Assembly (NCBI GenBank): GCA_021814695.1
Contig: JAKAHY010000002.1
Location: 8,920-72,919 of the forward strand
From: a bacterium
GTDB taxonomy: Bacteria > Patescibacteriota > Minisyncoccia > UBA6257 > JAGOQP01
Direction of reading: 5' to 3'
Length of the DNA stretch: 64,000 bases
A program made the position numbers and the translations under genes. Shown here piece by piece: positions 17,981 to 28,897 of the stretch. Position 1 is the stretch's first letter. Every line of letters starts with the position of its first letter. The notes under the pieces are model-generated. The model was not told where the DNA came from. It did no database searches and was given only the letters and a program-made list of their open reading frames with translations.

Positions 17981-18979
17981 ATGTCAAGTGGAAAAACTGT
18001 GAACAATTCAACACTTCTGTCAAGAGATGAAACTGTAGATTCGGCATTGAGGCCGCTTAATTTTGGCGATTATATAGGACAGGATAGGGTGAAGGGAAAT
18101 CTTAGGATGATGATAGAAGCGGCCAAAAAAAGAACCGAGCCGATAGATCACCTGCTTTTTTACGGTCAGGCGGGGCTTGGCAAAACTACGCTGGCAATGA
18201 TTGTTGCCAAAGAAATGAATGCAAATATAAAAGTTACTTCTGGTCCCGTTCTGGAAAAAACCGGAGATTTGGCAGCGATTCTGTCGACTTTGGACGAAGG
18301 GGATATTCTTTTTATAGACGAAGCTCATAGAATAAACAGAACTATTGAAGAGATGCTTTATCCGGCGATGGAATCAAGAAAGCTTCACTTGGTTATTGGT
18401 AAGGGTCCGGCAGCTCGGATGATGACTCTGGATTTACCGCAATTTACTCTTATTGCGGCGACGACTCGGGTTAATCTTTTAACGTCTCCGCTTCGTTCCC
18501 GATTCGGGGGATTGTTTAAGCTTGATTACTATAATCCGGTAGATATCGAAAAAATTATCGAACGTTCGGCCAAGATATTGGGAGTTTCTATTAGCCCGGA
18601 GGCGATTACCATACTCGCGTCTGCGTCGCGATTTACGCCAAGAATAGCAAACCGTCTTTTAAAACGCGTTCGCGATCTGGTTGAGGTAAGCGATCGAAGA
18701 GTGGTCGACGAAAATGCGGCGCACAAAGTCCTTTCCATGTTTGAGATAGATGAGCTCGGACTCGAAGAGCATGACCGAAAGCTTCTTTACACTATTATAG
18801 AAAGATTTAATGGAGGCCCTGTCGGTCTGGGGTCAATCTCGGCGGCTTTAGGCGAAGACAGGGGGACTATAGAAGACGTCTACGAGCCCTATCTGCTTAA
18901 AATAGGACTTCTCTCCAGGACTTCTCAGGGAAGGATAGCTACAAAAGAGGCTTATAATCATTTAAAAAAAGACAGATAA
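17981..18979 (+). CDS. ruvB: Holliday junction helicase RuvB
   Basis: LRPLNFGDYIGQ...LFYGQAGLGKTTLA Walker A, sensor regions and a winged-helix C-terminus. Confidence 0.95.
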   Translation: MSSGKTVNNSTLLSRDETVDSALRPLNFGDYIGQDRVKGNLRMMIEAAKKRTEPIDHLLFYGQAGLGKTTLAMIVAKEMNANIKVTSGPVLEKTGDLAAILSTLDEGDILFIDEAHRINRTIEEMLYPAMESRKLHLVIGKGPAARMMTLDLPQFTLIAATTRVNLLTSPLRSRFGGLFKLDYYNPVDIEKIIERSAKILGVSISPEAITILASASRFTPRIANRLLKRVRDLVEVSDRRVVDENAAHKVLSMFEIDELGLEEHDRKLLYTIIERFNGGPVGLGSISAALGEDRGTIEDVYEPYLLKIGLLSRTSQGRIATKEAYNHLKKDR

Positions 18980-19041
18980 TTCCCCGTTCGAGGCCTCTTG
19001 TGATACAATATAAGCGTTATTAATAACGTTTTTTATTTATT

Positions 19042-21477
19042 ATGGCAAAACCTTTTATTCGTGAGATGGCTTCATTAACAATTAAAGATGTTCCTGAAGC
19101 AGGAGGGAAAAATGCATCACTTGGAGAAATGCTTAAGGTCTTGAGGCCCAAAGGAGTTAACATTCCCGATGGCTTTGTGGTTACAGCCACGGCTTATAGG
19201 CATTTTATAAACGAAGGGATGGTTGTAACCAACGGAGAAAAAGTTAACTTAAAGAAATTTATCAAGGATACCCTTAAAGGACTGGACACTAAAAATGTCA
19301 GGGATTTGTATGCTCGTGGAAAATCAATCAGACAAGCAATTGTTTCGGCGGAACTACCTAAAGATCTACAGCGCCAGATTGTAAATTTTTACAGAAAAAT
19401 GGAAAAACAGTATTTTCCCAACGTCGACGTTGCTGTTCGTTCTTCGGCCACGGCCGAAGATCTTCCAGGGGCATCCTTTGCCGGACAGCAGGAAACTTAT
19501 TTGAACGTAGTCGGAGATGAGAAGTTGCTTGAGGCTGTTAAAAAATGCATCGCTTCTCTTTTTACCGACAGAGCCATATCTTACAGGCAGGATAAGGGAT
19601 TTGATCATCTTAAAATTGCGCTCTCGGTCGGGGTTCAAAAAATGGTTCGTTCGGACAAGGCGGCGTCGGGAGTTATGTTTACTGTCGACACCGAATCGGG
19701 GTTTAAAGACATAGTTATTGTCACGGCTACCTTTGGTTTGGGCGAGTTGATTGTTCAGGGAGAAATAGTCCCGGACGAATATCTGGTACACAAATCTTTT
19801 TTGGGCAAAAAAGACATCGTCCCGATAATCAGCAAAAAACACGGCTCAAAGGACAGAAAAATGATTTATTCGTTTGGCGGAAATAAATCCACAAAAATTA
19901 TCGATACGACTCCTAAAGAGAGAGACTCGTACGTCTTGACCGACGAAGAAATCCTAACTCTTTCAAAGTGGGCAACTCTTGTGGAAGAACATTACACGCG
20001 CGTCAGGAAAACGTGGACGCCCATGGACCTTGAGTGGGCCAAAGACGGCAAAAGCGGGAAACTTTATATAGTTCAGGCAAGGCCCGAGACGGTTCAGGCC
20101 GGGAGAGACTTTTCTAAAATTAAGGAATTTGAACTGTTGGGAAAAGGAAGTTTGCTTTGTAAGGGAACTTCCGTGGGAAGCCAAATTGCATCAGGCAAGG
20201 CCCAGATTATTCTTGATGTAAAACATATTGAATCGTTCAAAGCGGGGGAGGTATTGGTAACGGACATGACCGATCCGGACTGGGAGCCAATAATGAAGAT
20301 TGCGTCGGCAATAATTACGGATAAAGGCGGGCGTACTTCGCATGCGGCAATAGTTTCCCGGGAACTAGGAATTCCCTGTATTGTCGGGACGGAAAATGCC
20401 ACTAAAAAAATAAAAACTGGGCAAGCCGTAACGGTGGATACTACCGGAGGCGAGGGGTATGTGTATGATGGATTGATTAAATTTAAAGTTATCGAGCATG
20501 ACGTAAAACACATCCCTAAACTTAAAACGAAGATAATGATGAACATAGCTACTCCTGATACTGCTTTTGAAAAATCATTTTTACCCAATAGCGGGGTAGG
20601 ATTGGCTCGTGAAGAATTTATTATAGCTTCCGATATCGGAATTCATCCGATGGCCCTGCTCGAATTTCCGGAATTGGAAAAAAGAGCCAAGCGGGATCCA
20701 AAAATAAAGAAAATAGTGACGGAAATAGAAAAGCGGACTCGGGGATGGAAAGATAAAAAGAAATATTATGTTGAGAATTTGGCTTATGGGATTGCAAAAA
20801 TCGCCACAGCTTTTTACCCCAAGGATATTATTGTCAGATTCTCGGATTTTAAGACCAATGAGTATAGGCAACTTGTGGGCGGAGAATTATATGAACCACA
20901 CGAAGAAAATCCGATGATAGGATGGCGCGGAGCTTCCCGATATTATAATCCTTCGTTTGCCCCGGCATTTGCTCTTGAAGTAAAAGCCATAAATAAAGTC
21001 AGGGAGGAAATGGGACTCTCTAATGTCCAGGTGATGATTCCTGTATGCCGAACTGTGGATGAGGGTAAAAAAGTTGTTGCGTTGATGGCAAAATACGGCC
21101 TCAAAAAACACGATGGATTTAAAATCTACGTAATGTGTGAAATTCCATCAAATGTTATCTTGGCGGATGATTTTCTGGATATTTTTGATGGTATGAGCAT
21201 TGGCTCCAACGATCTCACCCAAATGACTTTGGGTCTGGACAGAGACGGAAATGAGCGCATCAGAGGTATTGGGAATGAAAAGAACGAAGCGGTAAAGACT
21301 CTGATTTCTCAGGTAATAAAGCGCTGCAATGCCAGAAAAAAATATATAGGCATCTGCGGACAAGCCCCCAGCGATTATCCTGATTTCGCCAAGTTCCTGG
21401 TGGATGAAGGAATTCAAAGCATGTCACTTAATCCCGACTCAATCGTAAAAACAATTTTGTATTTGGCCAAAAAATAA
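19042..21477 (+). CDS. ppsA: Phosphoenolpyruvate synthase (pyruvate, water dikinase)
   Basis: 811 aa; N-terminal ATP-grasp, central GGRTSHAAIVSRELGIPCIVG phosphohistidine domain and C-terminal PEP-utilizing domain. Confidence 0.9.
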   Translation: MAKPFIREMASLTIKDVPEAGGKNASLGEMLKVLRPKGVNIPDGFVVTATAYRHFINEGMVVTNGEKVNLKKFIKDTLKGLDTKNVRDLYARGKSIRQAIVSAELPKDLQRQIVNFYRKMEKQYFPNVDVAVRSSATAEDLPGASFAGQQETYLNVVGDEKLLEAVKKCIASLFTDRAISYRQDKGFDHLKIALSVGVQKMVRSDKAASGVMFTVDTESGFKDIVIVTATFGLGELIVQGEIVPDEYLVHKSFLGKKDIVPIISKKHGSKDRKMIYSFGGNKSTKIIDTTPKERDSYVLTDEEILTLSKWATLVEEHYTRVRKTWTPMDLEWAKDGKSGKLYIVQARPETVQAGRDFSKIKEFELLGKGSLLCKGTSVGSQIASGKAQIILDVKHIESFKAGEVLVTDMTDPDWEPIMKIASAIITDKGGRTSHAAIVSRELGIPCIVGTENATKKIKTGQAVTVDTTGGEGYVYDGLIKFKVIEHDVKHIPKLKTKIMMNIATPDTAFEKSFLPNSGVGLAREEFIIASDIGIHPMALLEFPELEKRAKRDPKIKKIVTEIEKRTRGWKDKKKYYVENLAYGIAKIATAFYPKDIIVRFSDFKTNEYRQLVGGELYEPHEENPMIGWRGASRYYNPSFAPAFALEVKAINKVREEMGLSNVQVMIPVCRTVDEGKKVVALMAKYGLKKHDGFKIYVMCEIPSNVILADDFLDIFDGMSIGSNDLTQMTLGLDRDGNERIRGIGNEKNEAVKTLISQVIKRCNARKKYIGICGQAPSDYPDFAKFLVDEGIQSMSLNPDSIVKTILYLAKK

Positions 21478-22746
21478 ATGATTCTTTCGGAAACAAAAAT
21501 CGTAGCCATTAAAGATTCAAGAGGCAGTCAAACGCTTGAAGCGCACATCACAGCCCATGAAGGCGATAGTAAGGAAATTTCCGTTGTGGCAAGCGTTCCT
21601 GCCGGGAAAAGTACCGGAATTCACGAAGTAAAGTCGTTGAGTCCGGCTCTTGCATTTGAACAGTTTGAAAAAATAAAACGCAATATCATCGGAGTTAACT
21701 TTCATGACCAGCAGGAATTTGATGCTTTGTTGATCGCATTAGACGGAAGTTTGGATAAGCATGTTTTGGGAGGTAATTTAATCCTTGTTTTGTCGGAAGG
21801 ATTTGCGCGGGCTTTTGCTGCAACCCGAGATCTAGGGCTTAACCAATACCTTCATCAGCTGCTTGGGTCAAAACATAAAATTCCGGACCGGTTTCCCAGA
21901 CCTTTATTTAATATAATAAACGGAGGGGCTCATGTGACGATTCCCTCGGACTGGGATAAAAAATTCGGAGTTTCAAAATCTCTGGATATCCAGGAATTTC
22001 AGGTGGTTCCAGCGACAGATGATTTTGCTTTAGGATTAAGTGTGGGAAAAGAATTTTATTCAAAACTTGGATATGAGCTTGGAAAAATATATGGAGCAGA
22101 AAATGTAATCTTAGGGGATGAGGCGGGATATGTCTGTCCGTTTAAAACAAATGAAGAAGCGCTCGAAATTATCCAAGAGCTGATTAATCGGTATTTATAT
22201 CCACTCAAAATAGGGCTGGATGCGGCAGCATCCCAATTTCATAATGATGCCGACGATTCTTATATGATAGAAGGAGCCGAAAGGACCCCAGAAGAGTTGA
22301 CGATGCTTTATTACGACCTTGCTCATGCTTACGAATTGATATCGCTTGAGGATCCTTTTAACGAAGAGGCATTTGATGATTTTGCCGGTCTTCAAGAAAA
22401 AATTCCCAAGACTATTCTTATTACCGACGATCTTACGACAACCAATCCCGAAAGATTATCCAAGGCGATTTCTAAAAAATCGGCCAATGCCATACTTATT
22501 AAACCCAATCAAATCGGAACAATAACAGAAACGATTGATGTTATTTCTATGGCTTATGAAAACGGATGGAAGACAATAGTCAGTCACCGGAGCGGTGAAA
22601 CCAAAGATGATTTTATCGCCGACTTAGCTGTTGGTGTCGGAGCTTGGGGATTAAAATCCGGAGCGCCGGCGACAGAATACAGAATGGCAAAATATTCCAG
22701 GGCTCTCGATCTATGGCAAAAAATTAACCCTTCCGGCCCCTTTTAA
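21478..22746 (+). CDS. eno: Enolase
   Basis: DSRGSQTLEA...SHRSGETKDDFIADLAVG matches enolase; the start abuts the ppsA stop. Confidence 0.9.
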   Translation: MILSETKIVAIKDSRGSQTLEAHITAHEGDSKEISVVASVPAGKSTGIHEVKSLSPALAFEQFEKIKRNIIGVNFHDQQEFDALLIALDGSLDKHVLGGNLILVLSEGFARAFAATRDLGLNQYLHQLLGSKHKIPDRFPRPLFNIINGGAHVTIPSDWDKKFGVSKSLDIQEFQVVPATDDFALGLSVGKEFYSKLGYELGKIYGAENVILGDEAGYVCPFKTNEEALEIIQELINRYLYPLKIGLDAAASQFHNDADDSYMIEGAERTPEELTMLYYDLAHAYELISLEDPFNEEAFDDFAGLQEKIPKTILITDDLTTTNPERLSKAISKKSANAILIKPNQIGTITETIDVISMAYENGWKTIVSHRSGETKDDFIADLAVGVGAWGLKSGAPATEYRMAKYSRALDLWQKINPSGPF

Positions 22747-22788
22747 ATATTTTCAGGTATGAGGCGACGGATTTCTGCCCTAGCTTTT

Positions 22789-24330
22789 TTATTGCAAAAG
22801 CTGTTTTATCAGGCTCTCTCCGGTCATGTCTTGAGGTTTAGGAAGTTCCATTAGTTCAAGAATTGTCGGTCCTATATCGGCCAACATTCCGGACATAAAA
22901 CGCTCCCTTTCTTTTACATCAAATGGATTTTGGGGTTTTTTGTATTTGCTTCCCACTAAGTAAATCGGCACCGGACTCGTGTCATGTTTAGTCTCCGGCT
23001 CTCCGGTAAGAGGATTAAAAAGCCGTTCTATGTTGCCATGGTCGGACGTTATAATAGCCGTTGAATTGTGCTGAAGTATCGTTTGGACGATTTTTCCTAT
23101 TTGCTCATCAATTACTTCGATAGCTTTCATAGAGGCGTCAAAATTTCCGGTATGTGCAACCATATCGGCATTGGCATAGTTAACCAATATAAAATCGAAA
23201 GTTTCTTCTTCAATTGCCTGTAGCAGGCGAGTTGTTATTTCGGGAGCCATCATTACCGGATCCTGGTCCTGCTGAGGGACGATTCTCGATGGAATCAAAA
23301 TTCTATATTCATTTTGAAACGCCTTATCGTTAAGACCATTGAAAAAGAAAGTAACATGAGCATATTTTTGAGTTTCGGCCATTCTGAGCTGGCTTTTCTG
23401 GTTGTCAGCGATAACTTTTCCTACGGGATTATTCACTCGTTGGGGTGGAAAAGCTACGGGGATGGTAAAATCTTCCCTGAGCTGAGTCATGGAAGCGACC
23501 AAAAGATTATCGAACTTTTTTATAGGAAATTGGGTAAATGACGGATTAATAAACCCTTCGGCCAGTTGTCTGGTTCGGTCTTCCCTAAAATTAAAAAAGA
23601 AAATCGAATCTCCGTCTTTGATGGCATTGTCGGCCGAACCAATAAGCGCCGGTAATATAAACTCATCATCCAATTTTTTATCGTAGGCTTGTTGAAGATG
23701 GTTTTTTATCTCCGTAATAGGCATTATTGTTCCGTTACCGACAAGCATTTCATAAGCCCGCTGGGTCAGGTCCCACCTGCTGTCTCTGTCCATTGCATAA
23801 AATCTTCCCGCAATACTTCCGATTTTATCTTGGGGAAGTTTTTCTATAAGTGAAAAGGCCGATTGGGGAGCGCTGTCACGACCGTCGGTTATGACATGAA
23901 TTCTGTAGTCAATTTTGCGCCTATTTGCCAGATCTATTAAAGCTTGGAGGTGTTCCATTGAAGAATGAACATTGGCTTCTCCAACGAGGCCTATTAAATT
24001 TATTTTGGAGTTGTTTTTTTGGGCATGGTCAAAAGCGCCGTTAATCGTCGGATTAGAAAAAAAAGAACCGTCCCGAATCGCCAAGCTTATGCGGGGATAG
24101 TGTTGGTAAATTATTTTCCCCGCCCCCATTGTCAAATGGCCCACTTCGCTGTTACCCTCCTCTCCCCAAGGGAGGCCTACGGCAATGCCGGATGCCTGCA
24201 AGGCTCCGGAAGGAAAGTTGTTTTTTACATATTCTATATTTTTAGGCTTGGCAACATGAATCGGGTTCGAGTCGCCCTCCACTCCAATTCCCCAGCCATC
24301 AAGAACTATAAGAACTACGGTATTTCGCAT
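22789..24330 (-). CDS. gpmI: 2,3-bisphosphoglycerate-independent phosphoglycerate mutase
   Basis: LIVLDGWGIG N-terminus, 513 aa. Confidence 0.9.
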   Translation of the reverse strand: MRNTVVLIVLDGWGIGVEGDSNPIHVAKPKNIEYVKNNFPSGALQASGIAVGLPWGEEGNSEVGHLTMGAGKIIYQHYPRISLAIRDGSFFSNPTINGAFDHAQKNNSKINLIGLVGEANVHSSMEHLQALIDLANRRKIDYRIHVITDGRDSAPQSAFSLIEKLPQDKIGSIAGRFYAMDRDSRWDLTQRAYEMLVGNGTIMPITEIKNHLQQAYDKKLDDEFILPALIGSADNAIKDGDSIFFFNFREDRTRQLAEGFINPSFTQFPIKKFDNLLVASMTQLREDFTIPVAFPPQRVNNPVGKVIADNQKSQLRMAETQKYAHVTFFFNGLNDKAFQNEYRILIPSRIVPQQDQDPVMMAPEITTRLLQAIEEETFDFILVNYANADMVAHTGNFDASMKAIEVIDEQIGKIVQTILQHNSTAIITSDHGNIERLFNPLTGEPETKHDTSPVPIYLVGSKYKKPQNPFDVKERERFMSGMLADIGPTILELMELPKPQDMTGESLIKQLLQ

Positions 24331-24513
24331 TCATTAAGTATAACAAATAAAGACTATTTTTCATTATATTGACGTCGCTATTCCACAATAGTATTATAGA
24401 TTTGTGAAACTAAATTAACTTTTGACTTGAGATGAATTCTCGGATTTTATTTGGTCAGCCAATTTCAAAACTGAATAAAGCAGAAGGGAAGAGTCTGCAA
24501 GCCAGCAAAACGT

Positions 24514-26040
24514 ATGAACACGATAGATTTTATGTATCTTGGAATAGCCCTACTTGCGGGAGCGGTAGTCGGCTACATTGTTAGGCAAAACGTCGTTTCA
24601 AAACAAGCGGCGTCGGTCGAAGAAAAAATAAAGCATCAACTTGAGGAAAGTAGGGCCAAATCGAAAGAGGTCATCTTGGAGGCACAGCAAAAATCAGCTC
24701 AAATTCTTGAAGATATAAAACGCGACGAGCGTGACAGGAAGTTGCAGCTGGATAAAGTAGAAGAGAGACTTTTAAAAAAAGAAGAACTCTTGGAACGCGA
24801 AGGGCTTGAGTTGAAGGACAAGGAAAAATCCATACAGACGGATGTCCAAAAATTAATCGACGCCAAAGCTCATATTGAAGAGCTTAAGTCGAATGTTATC
24901 AAGGAGTTGGAAAAAGTATCCGGTCTCAGCGCTGAAGAGGCTAAAAAAATCATTTTAAAGGACGTTGAACAAAAATATCAGCAGGATTTGGCCGAATACG
25001 TCAAAAAAATGATGGGCGAAAGACGGGAAGAAATCGAAAAACAGGCAATCGGAATTTTATCCACGGCAATCCAGCGCTACAGCCGCTCATCGGCAGCTGA
25101 ATTGACAACTACCACCGTTCAGTTACCCGACGAAGAATTTAAGGGTAAAATTATCGGAAAAGAGGGCAGAAACATCCGGACGTTCGAAAAAGTTACGGGC
25201 GTTGAGCTCGTTATCGACGAAACTCCAGATAGTATAGTTATTTCTTCGTTTGATCCGGTCAGAAGAGAAGTGGCCAGGATGGCATTGGAGAAACTTATAA
25301 AAGACGGAAGAATCCAGCCGGCAAAAATCGAGGAAAAAGTGGAAGAGGCTACTCAGGAAATAAACAAAAAAATCGGAGAAGCCGGAGAAGCGGCAGCTTA
25401 TGAAGTCGGAGTTTATGACTTACCCAAAGAAATAATCCAACTTCTCGGTCGGCTTAATTTCAGAACCAGCTATGGTCAAAATGTTCTCAGGCATTCAACG
25501 GAAGTTGCTCATTTTGCCGGAATGATTGCCGAAGAGCTTGGTCTTAATGCCGATATCGCCAAAAAAGGAGCGCTTCTGCATGATATCGGAAAATCGATTG
25601 ACCACGAGGTTGCCGGAAGCCACGTAGACATAGGAAGAAAAATCTTAAAAAAATATGGAGTCAGTGATGTCGTTATCCAGTCAATGGAGGCTCATCATGA
25701 GGAATATCCTTTTGCAATACCCGAAGCGTATGTAGTAGCTGCAGCTGATGCATTATCTGCGGCCAGGCCGGGAGCCAGAAGGGATACTCTTGAAAACTAC
25801 ATCAAACGCCTGGGAGATTTGGAAAATATCGCTTCCGGATTTGAAGGAGTTAAGAATGCATATGCCATTTCTGCGGGAAGAGAGCTTAGGATATTCGTCA
25901 CTCCGGAAAAAATAGACGATTTCGGATCACTCCAATTGGCCCGTGAAATCGCAAAGAAAATAGAGTCGGAATTGAAATATCCCGGAGAAATCAAGGTTGT
26001 AGTTATGAGGGAGACCAGGGCGGTAGAATACGCCAAATAA
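24514..26040 (+). CDS. rny: Ribonuclease Y
   Basis: N-terminal TM segment, coiled coil, KH domain (GKIIGKEGRNIR) and HD domain (LLHDIGK). Confidence 0.9.
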   Translation: MNTIDFMYLGIALLAGAVVGYIVRQNVVSKQAASVEEKIKHQLEESRAKSKEVILEAQQKSAQILEDIKRDERDRKLQLDKVEERLLKKEELLEREGLELKDKEKSIQTDVQKLIDAKAHIEELKSNVIKELEKVSGLSAEEAKKIILKDVEQKYQQDLAEYVKKMMGERREEIEKQAIGILSTAIQRYSRSSAAELTTTTVQLPDEEFKGKIIGKEGRNIRTFEKVTGVELVIDETPDSIVISSFDPVRREVARMALEKLIKDGRIQPAKIEEKVEEATQEINKKIGEAGEAAAYEVGVYDLPKEIIQLLGRLNFRTSYGQNVLRHSTEVAHFAGMIAEELGLNADIAKKGALLHDIGKSIDHEVAGSHVDIGRKILKKYGVSDVVIQSMEAHHEEYPFAIPEAYVVAAADALSAARPGARRDTLENYIKRLGDLENIASGFEGVKNAYAISAGRELRIFVTPEKIDDFGSLQLAREIAKKIESELKYPGEIKVVVMRETRAVEYAK

Positions 26041-26258
26041 AATAATAAGAAAATAAGCCAATTTTGTGTGAATAACCAAAAAACCGGACATTAATTCCGG
26101 TTTTTTGTTATAAAAAAGTGAGTATTTAAGCGGTTTTTTGCTATTTCACAGGAAATGCACAAAACACCGCATATTTGCTTGTTTTTTTAAAACAGTATCT
26201 GCTACAATTATCTAAAGTAATAAAAGGTCGTTTATTTAGCGCGTAAAATGTGTTTAAT

Positions 26259-26534
26259 ATGAAAAAGCCAGAATTAGTAGAAGCAGTAATGAAAGCGGCT
26301 GGACTCGAAGTGAAAAAGCAAGCGACAGAAGCCGTTGAAGCTGTATTCGATACTATCTCAAAGGTTTTGAGCAAGGGAGAAGAGGTTGCTATTTCGGGAT
26401 TTGGAACTTTTAAAGTCGCCAAGAGAGCGGCTCGCGAAGGAATCAATCCTCGAACCGGAGAAAAAATCCAGATTGCAGCTTCAATCAAGCCCAAGTTCAG
26501 AGCAGCAAAAGCACTTAAGGAAGCTGTCAAATAA
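26259..26534 (+). CDS. hup: DNA-binding protein HU
   Basis: MKKPELVEAV...GFGTFKV...RTGEKIQIAAS. The track ORF starts 9 nt upstream at 26250. Confidence 0.9.
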   Translation: MKKPELVEAVMKAAGLEVKKQATEAVEAVFDTISKVLSKGEEVAISGFGTFKVAKRAAREGINPRTGEKIQIAASIKPKFRAAKALKEAVK

Positions 26535-26643
26535 TCGTTTCTATAGAAATATAAAAATAACCCTAAGGTGAGGTCTTTGGGGTTATTTTTTATATACAAA
26601 GACAAACAAAAAACCGCTTTCAGCGGCTTTTTAGAAAAGATGT

Positions 26644-27585
26644 TTATTGAAGATATTTTTTAACGTTGACGCTCATATTGATGAATGTATCGTAAGCGTT
26701 CTTTATGTTGTTGTATGCTTCCGAAACGGTGTTTGCGATGTAAGAATCTATATCATCCTGGGTAACTCTAATGGTTGAGGTGTCCGTAAGGGGATACTGA
26801 GCTTCAATTGAGGATATTTTTTGGGAAAGTATTTTTTCCTTAAGTGTAGCCACAAATTCGTCAGTTGAGGTGGTGGTTGTGCTCGTATAAAGATTCAGTA
26901 TTGCCTGGCTTGAATCGTCGTTGAGTGCGTGGGCATTCTTTAGATTTTCGGCCGCTTGATTATAAAGGTTTCTGAGCGCCTGATTTTGGGTCAATTTATT
27001 CGAATAAATTCTATTAACGTCGATTCCTACCTTGGACAATCTGTCATCGGCCACCGAAAGGACGCTATTTATATTAACTGCCGCCAAGACATTGTTGGCT
27101 CTCGCTACGTCTTTGTCTATGTTGTTGGATTTCATCGCCTCAAGAGCTCTGGCAAAGCTTTTCAGATCCGCAGCCGTCATATCCTGATTATCTTGGAGTG
27201 AGGATTGGGTATTGTCGTAGTAGGATGAGTCTTGATTTAAAATGTTCAAAAGGTAATTACGAACGTTATTCCATTCGTCGTTTTTCGGAAGAGTGCTGCT
27301 GGAAAGTTGATTCTGGACATCTGAAAGTTGGGATTGAGCGACATCAATTACATTGGATATGATTTCGCGCCTGAGATCAATTTCCATCTTTTGTTTAGGT
27401 CCCGTGGGGATAGTCATGTCGTCCTGAATCTTGAGAAGCTTGGCTACATCATCTTTAGTCTGGGAAAGCTTTGCGTTTATTGAGTCGTCGGCAAACGCCG
27501 ATTTTGTACCGGCTAAGGTCGTTAAAATTAATACTGTCACGAACAATACGACCAGGACATGTTTTGTTTTATAAAAAATTTTCAT
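26644..27585 (-). CDS. Hypothetical secreted protein (signal peptide, coiled-coil-rich); last gene of the ECF sigma operon
   Basis: 313 aa with an N-terminal hydrophobic signal; no recognizable domain. Confidence 0.45.
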   Translation of the reverse strand: MKIFYKTKHVLVVLFVTVLILTTLAGTKSAFADDSINAKLSQTKDDVAKLLKIQDDMTIPTGPKQKMEIDLRREIISNVIDVAQSQLSDVQNQLSSSTLPKNDEWNNVRNYLLNILNQDSSYYDNTQSSLQDNQDMTAADLKSFARALEAMKSNNIDKDVARANNVLAAVNINSVLSVADDRLSKVGIDVNRIYSNKLTQNQALRNLYNQAAENLKNAHALNDDSSQAILNLYTSTTTTSTDEFVATLKEKILSQKISSIEAQYPLTDTSTIRVTQDDIDSYIANTVSEAYNNIKNAYDTFINMSVNVKKYLQ

Positions 27586-27587
27586 AT

Positions 27588-28133
27588 TTATTTAGTAATT
27601 GAATTTAAAATATCATTCACGTCGCTTGTAGTAGATGACGTCGAATCGGATGGATTTGCCGAATTTATCTTTGTTTGCTCCCCTTTAATCACGGACTCGC
27701 TTAAATGAGCGGGGGTGTTGGCAGCTACCTCTTTAAGGGCTGACGCGCTTTCGCTCGCGTCTTGTTCAAAGCGTTGTATATGTGAAAGTTGAACGTCTAT
27801 TGATGCGTTTATCATATCGGCCTCCGCTACAACTCCGCGCTGGTTTAATCCGGGCAAAAATAGGGGAGAAAGCTGGGAGGTGGCCAAATAAATTATTATA
27901 AATAAGCCGACGGTTGCAGTTGCAACGGCTAATCCGCGCCACACATTTTGGAACAAAGAAGTGAATGAAATCGTTCTCAAATCTGCGGTAGCAGCGGCAA
28001 ATGACGGGCTTTCCTGGATAGTGGGTGTAAATGGAGTAGCCAGAATTATATTTTTGGAACGCTCCGAATACGCCTTATCGGGCGTTATGGTTCTGAATTG
28101 TTCCAATATTTTTATAATTTGATTATGCTTCAT
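27588..28133 (-). CDS. Putative anti-sigma factor (single-pass membrane protein)
   Basis: Overlaps the stop of the sigma gene; has a central TM helix and sits immediately downstream of the ECF sigma. Confidence 0.4.
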   Translation of the reverse strand: MKHNQIIKILEQFRTITPDKAYSERSKNIILATPFTPTIQESPSFAAATADLRTISFTSLFQNVWRGLAVATATVGLFIIIYLATSQLSPLFLPGLNQRGVVAEADMINASIDVQLSHIQRFEQDASESASALKEVAANTPAHLSESVIKGEQTKINSANPSDSTSSTTSDVNDILNSITK

Positions 28134-28683
28134 ATTTTTCCAGTTCCTTTTTCAGTTGCCGGAGCGCCCTGAATTGCAGCACGCGTACGGCGCCATGGTT
28201 TTTTCCGGTGATTTTAGCTATTTCTTTGGGAGATAGTCCTTCTACGAACCTCATAAGTATAATTTCCTGATAATCCGATGGTAGTCGCTTGATTGTTTTG
28301 TAAACCGTTTCCACCTCTAATTTATTGGAGAGCATTTCCTCGCTGCTTTTTGTGGTCAGTGACAAAACTTCATCGGGGATATCATCAATGTTGGTTATTT
28401 GTTTTTTTGTCCTATAAAAATCAATGACCTTATTTCTGGCAATTTTATATAACCAACTTGCCATAGGAAGGCCCTGATCCTGAAACATCTCAATGTTCTG
28501 CCAAGCACTTAAAAATACCTGATGGGTGAGGTCCTCAGCTTCCTCACGCTGGCTTACTTTTAGGAATATAAACCGAAATAGTTTCGGTTGATATTTGTCG
28601 TAAAGCAAGCCAAAAGCCGAGGCCTCACCCCGGATAGCGCGCTCTAGTAAGTCTCTTTCGTTGTCTATGCGCTCATCTTTCAT
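28123..28683 (-). CDS. ECF-family RNA polymerase sigma factor (sigma-70 regions 2 and 4)
   Basis: LYDKYQPKLFRF...DLTHQVFLSAW region 2; EIAKITGKNHGAVRVLQFRALRQL region 4 helix-turn-helix. Confidence 0.85.
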   Translation of the reverse strand: MKDERIDNERDLLERAIRGEASAFGLLYDKYQPKLFRFIFLKVSQREEAEDLTHQVFLSAWQNIEMFQDQGLPMASWLYKIARNKVIDFYRTKKQITNIDDIPDEVLSLTTKSSEEMLSNKLEVETVYKTIKRLPSDYQEIILMRFVEGLSPKEIAKITGKNHGAVRVLQFRALRQLKKELEKYEA

Positions 28684-28897
28684 AATAAACGAATAAGAAT
28701 GCCTTGTGTTTCAGTTGTTTTAGCAGGCATTCTCGTAGTTTTAAGCCCCCTTTTCTGGGGGCATACCACATTATGGCATATATCCTTGAGAAAGGGAAGG
28801 AATATTCAAAGGATGGCTACTTTAGTAACCGAACGGAATAGTAGTATTGACTAATATGTTATATTATGTTAATATTATGGCAGAAAGGAGATTGCCC

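Noticed and set aside
19366-21417. Multiple antisense ORFs within ppsA (158, 164, 96, 74 and 89 aa)
   Set aside because: They are antisense to a conserved enzyme gene with no independent signals
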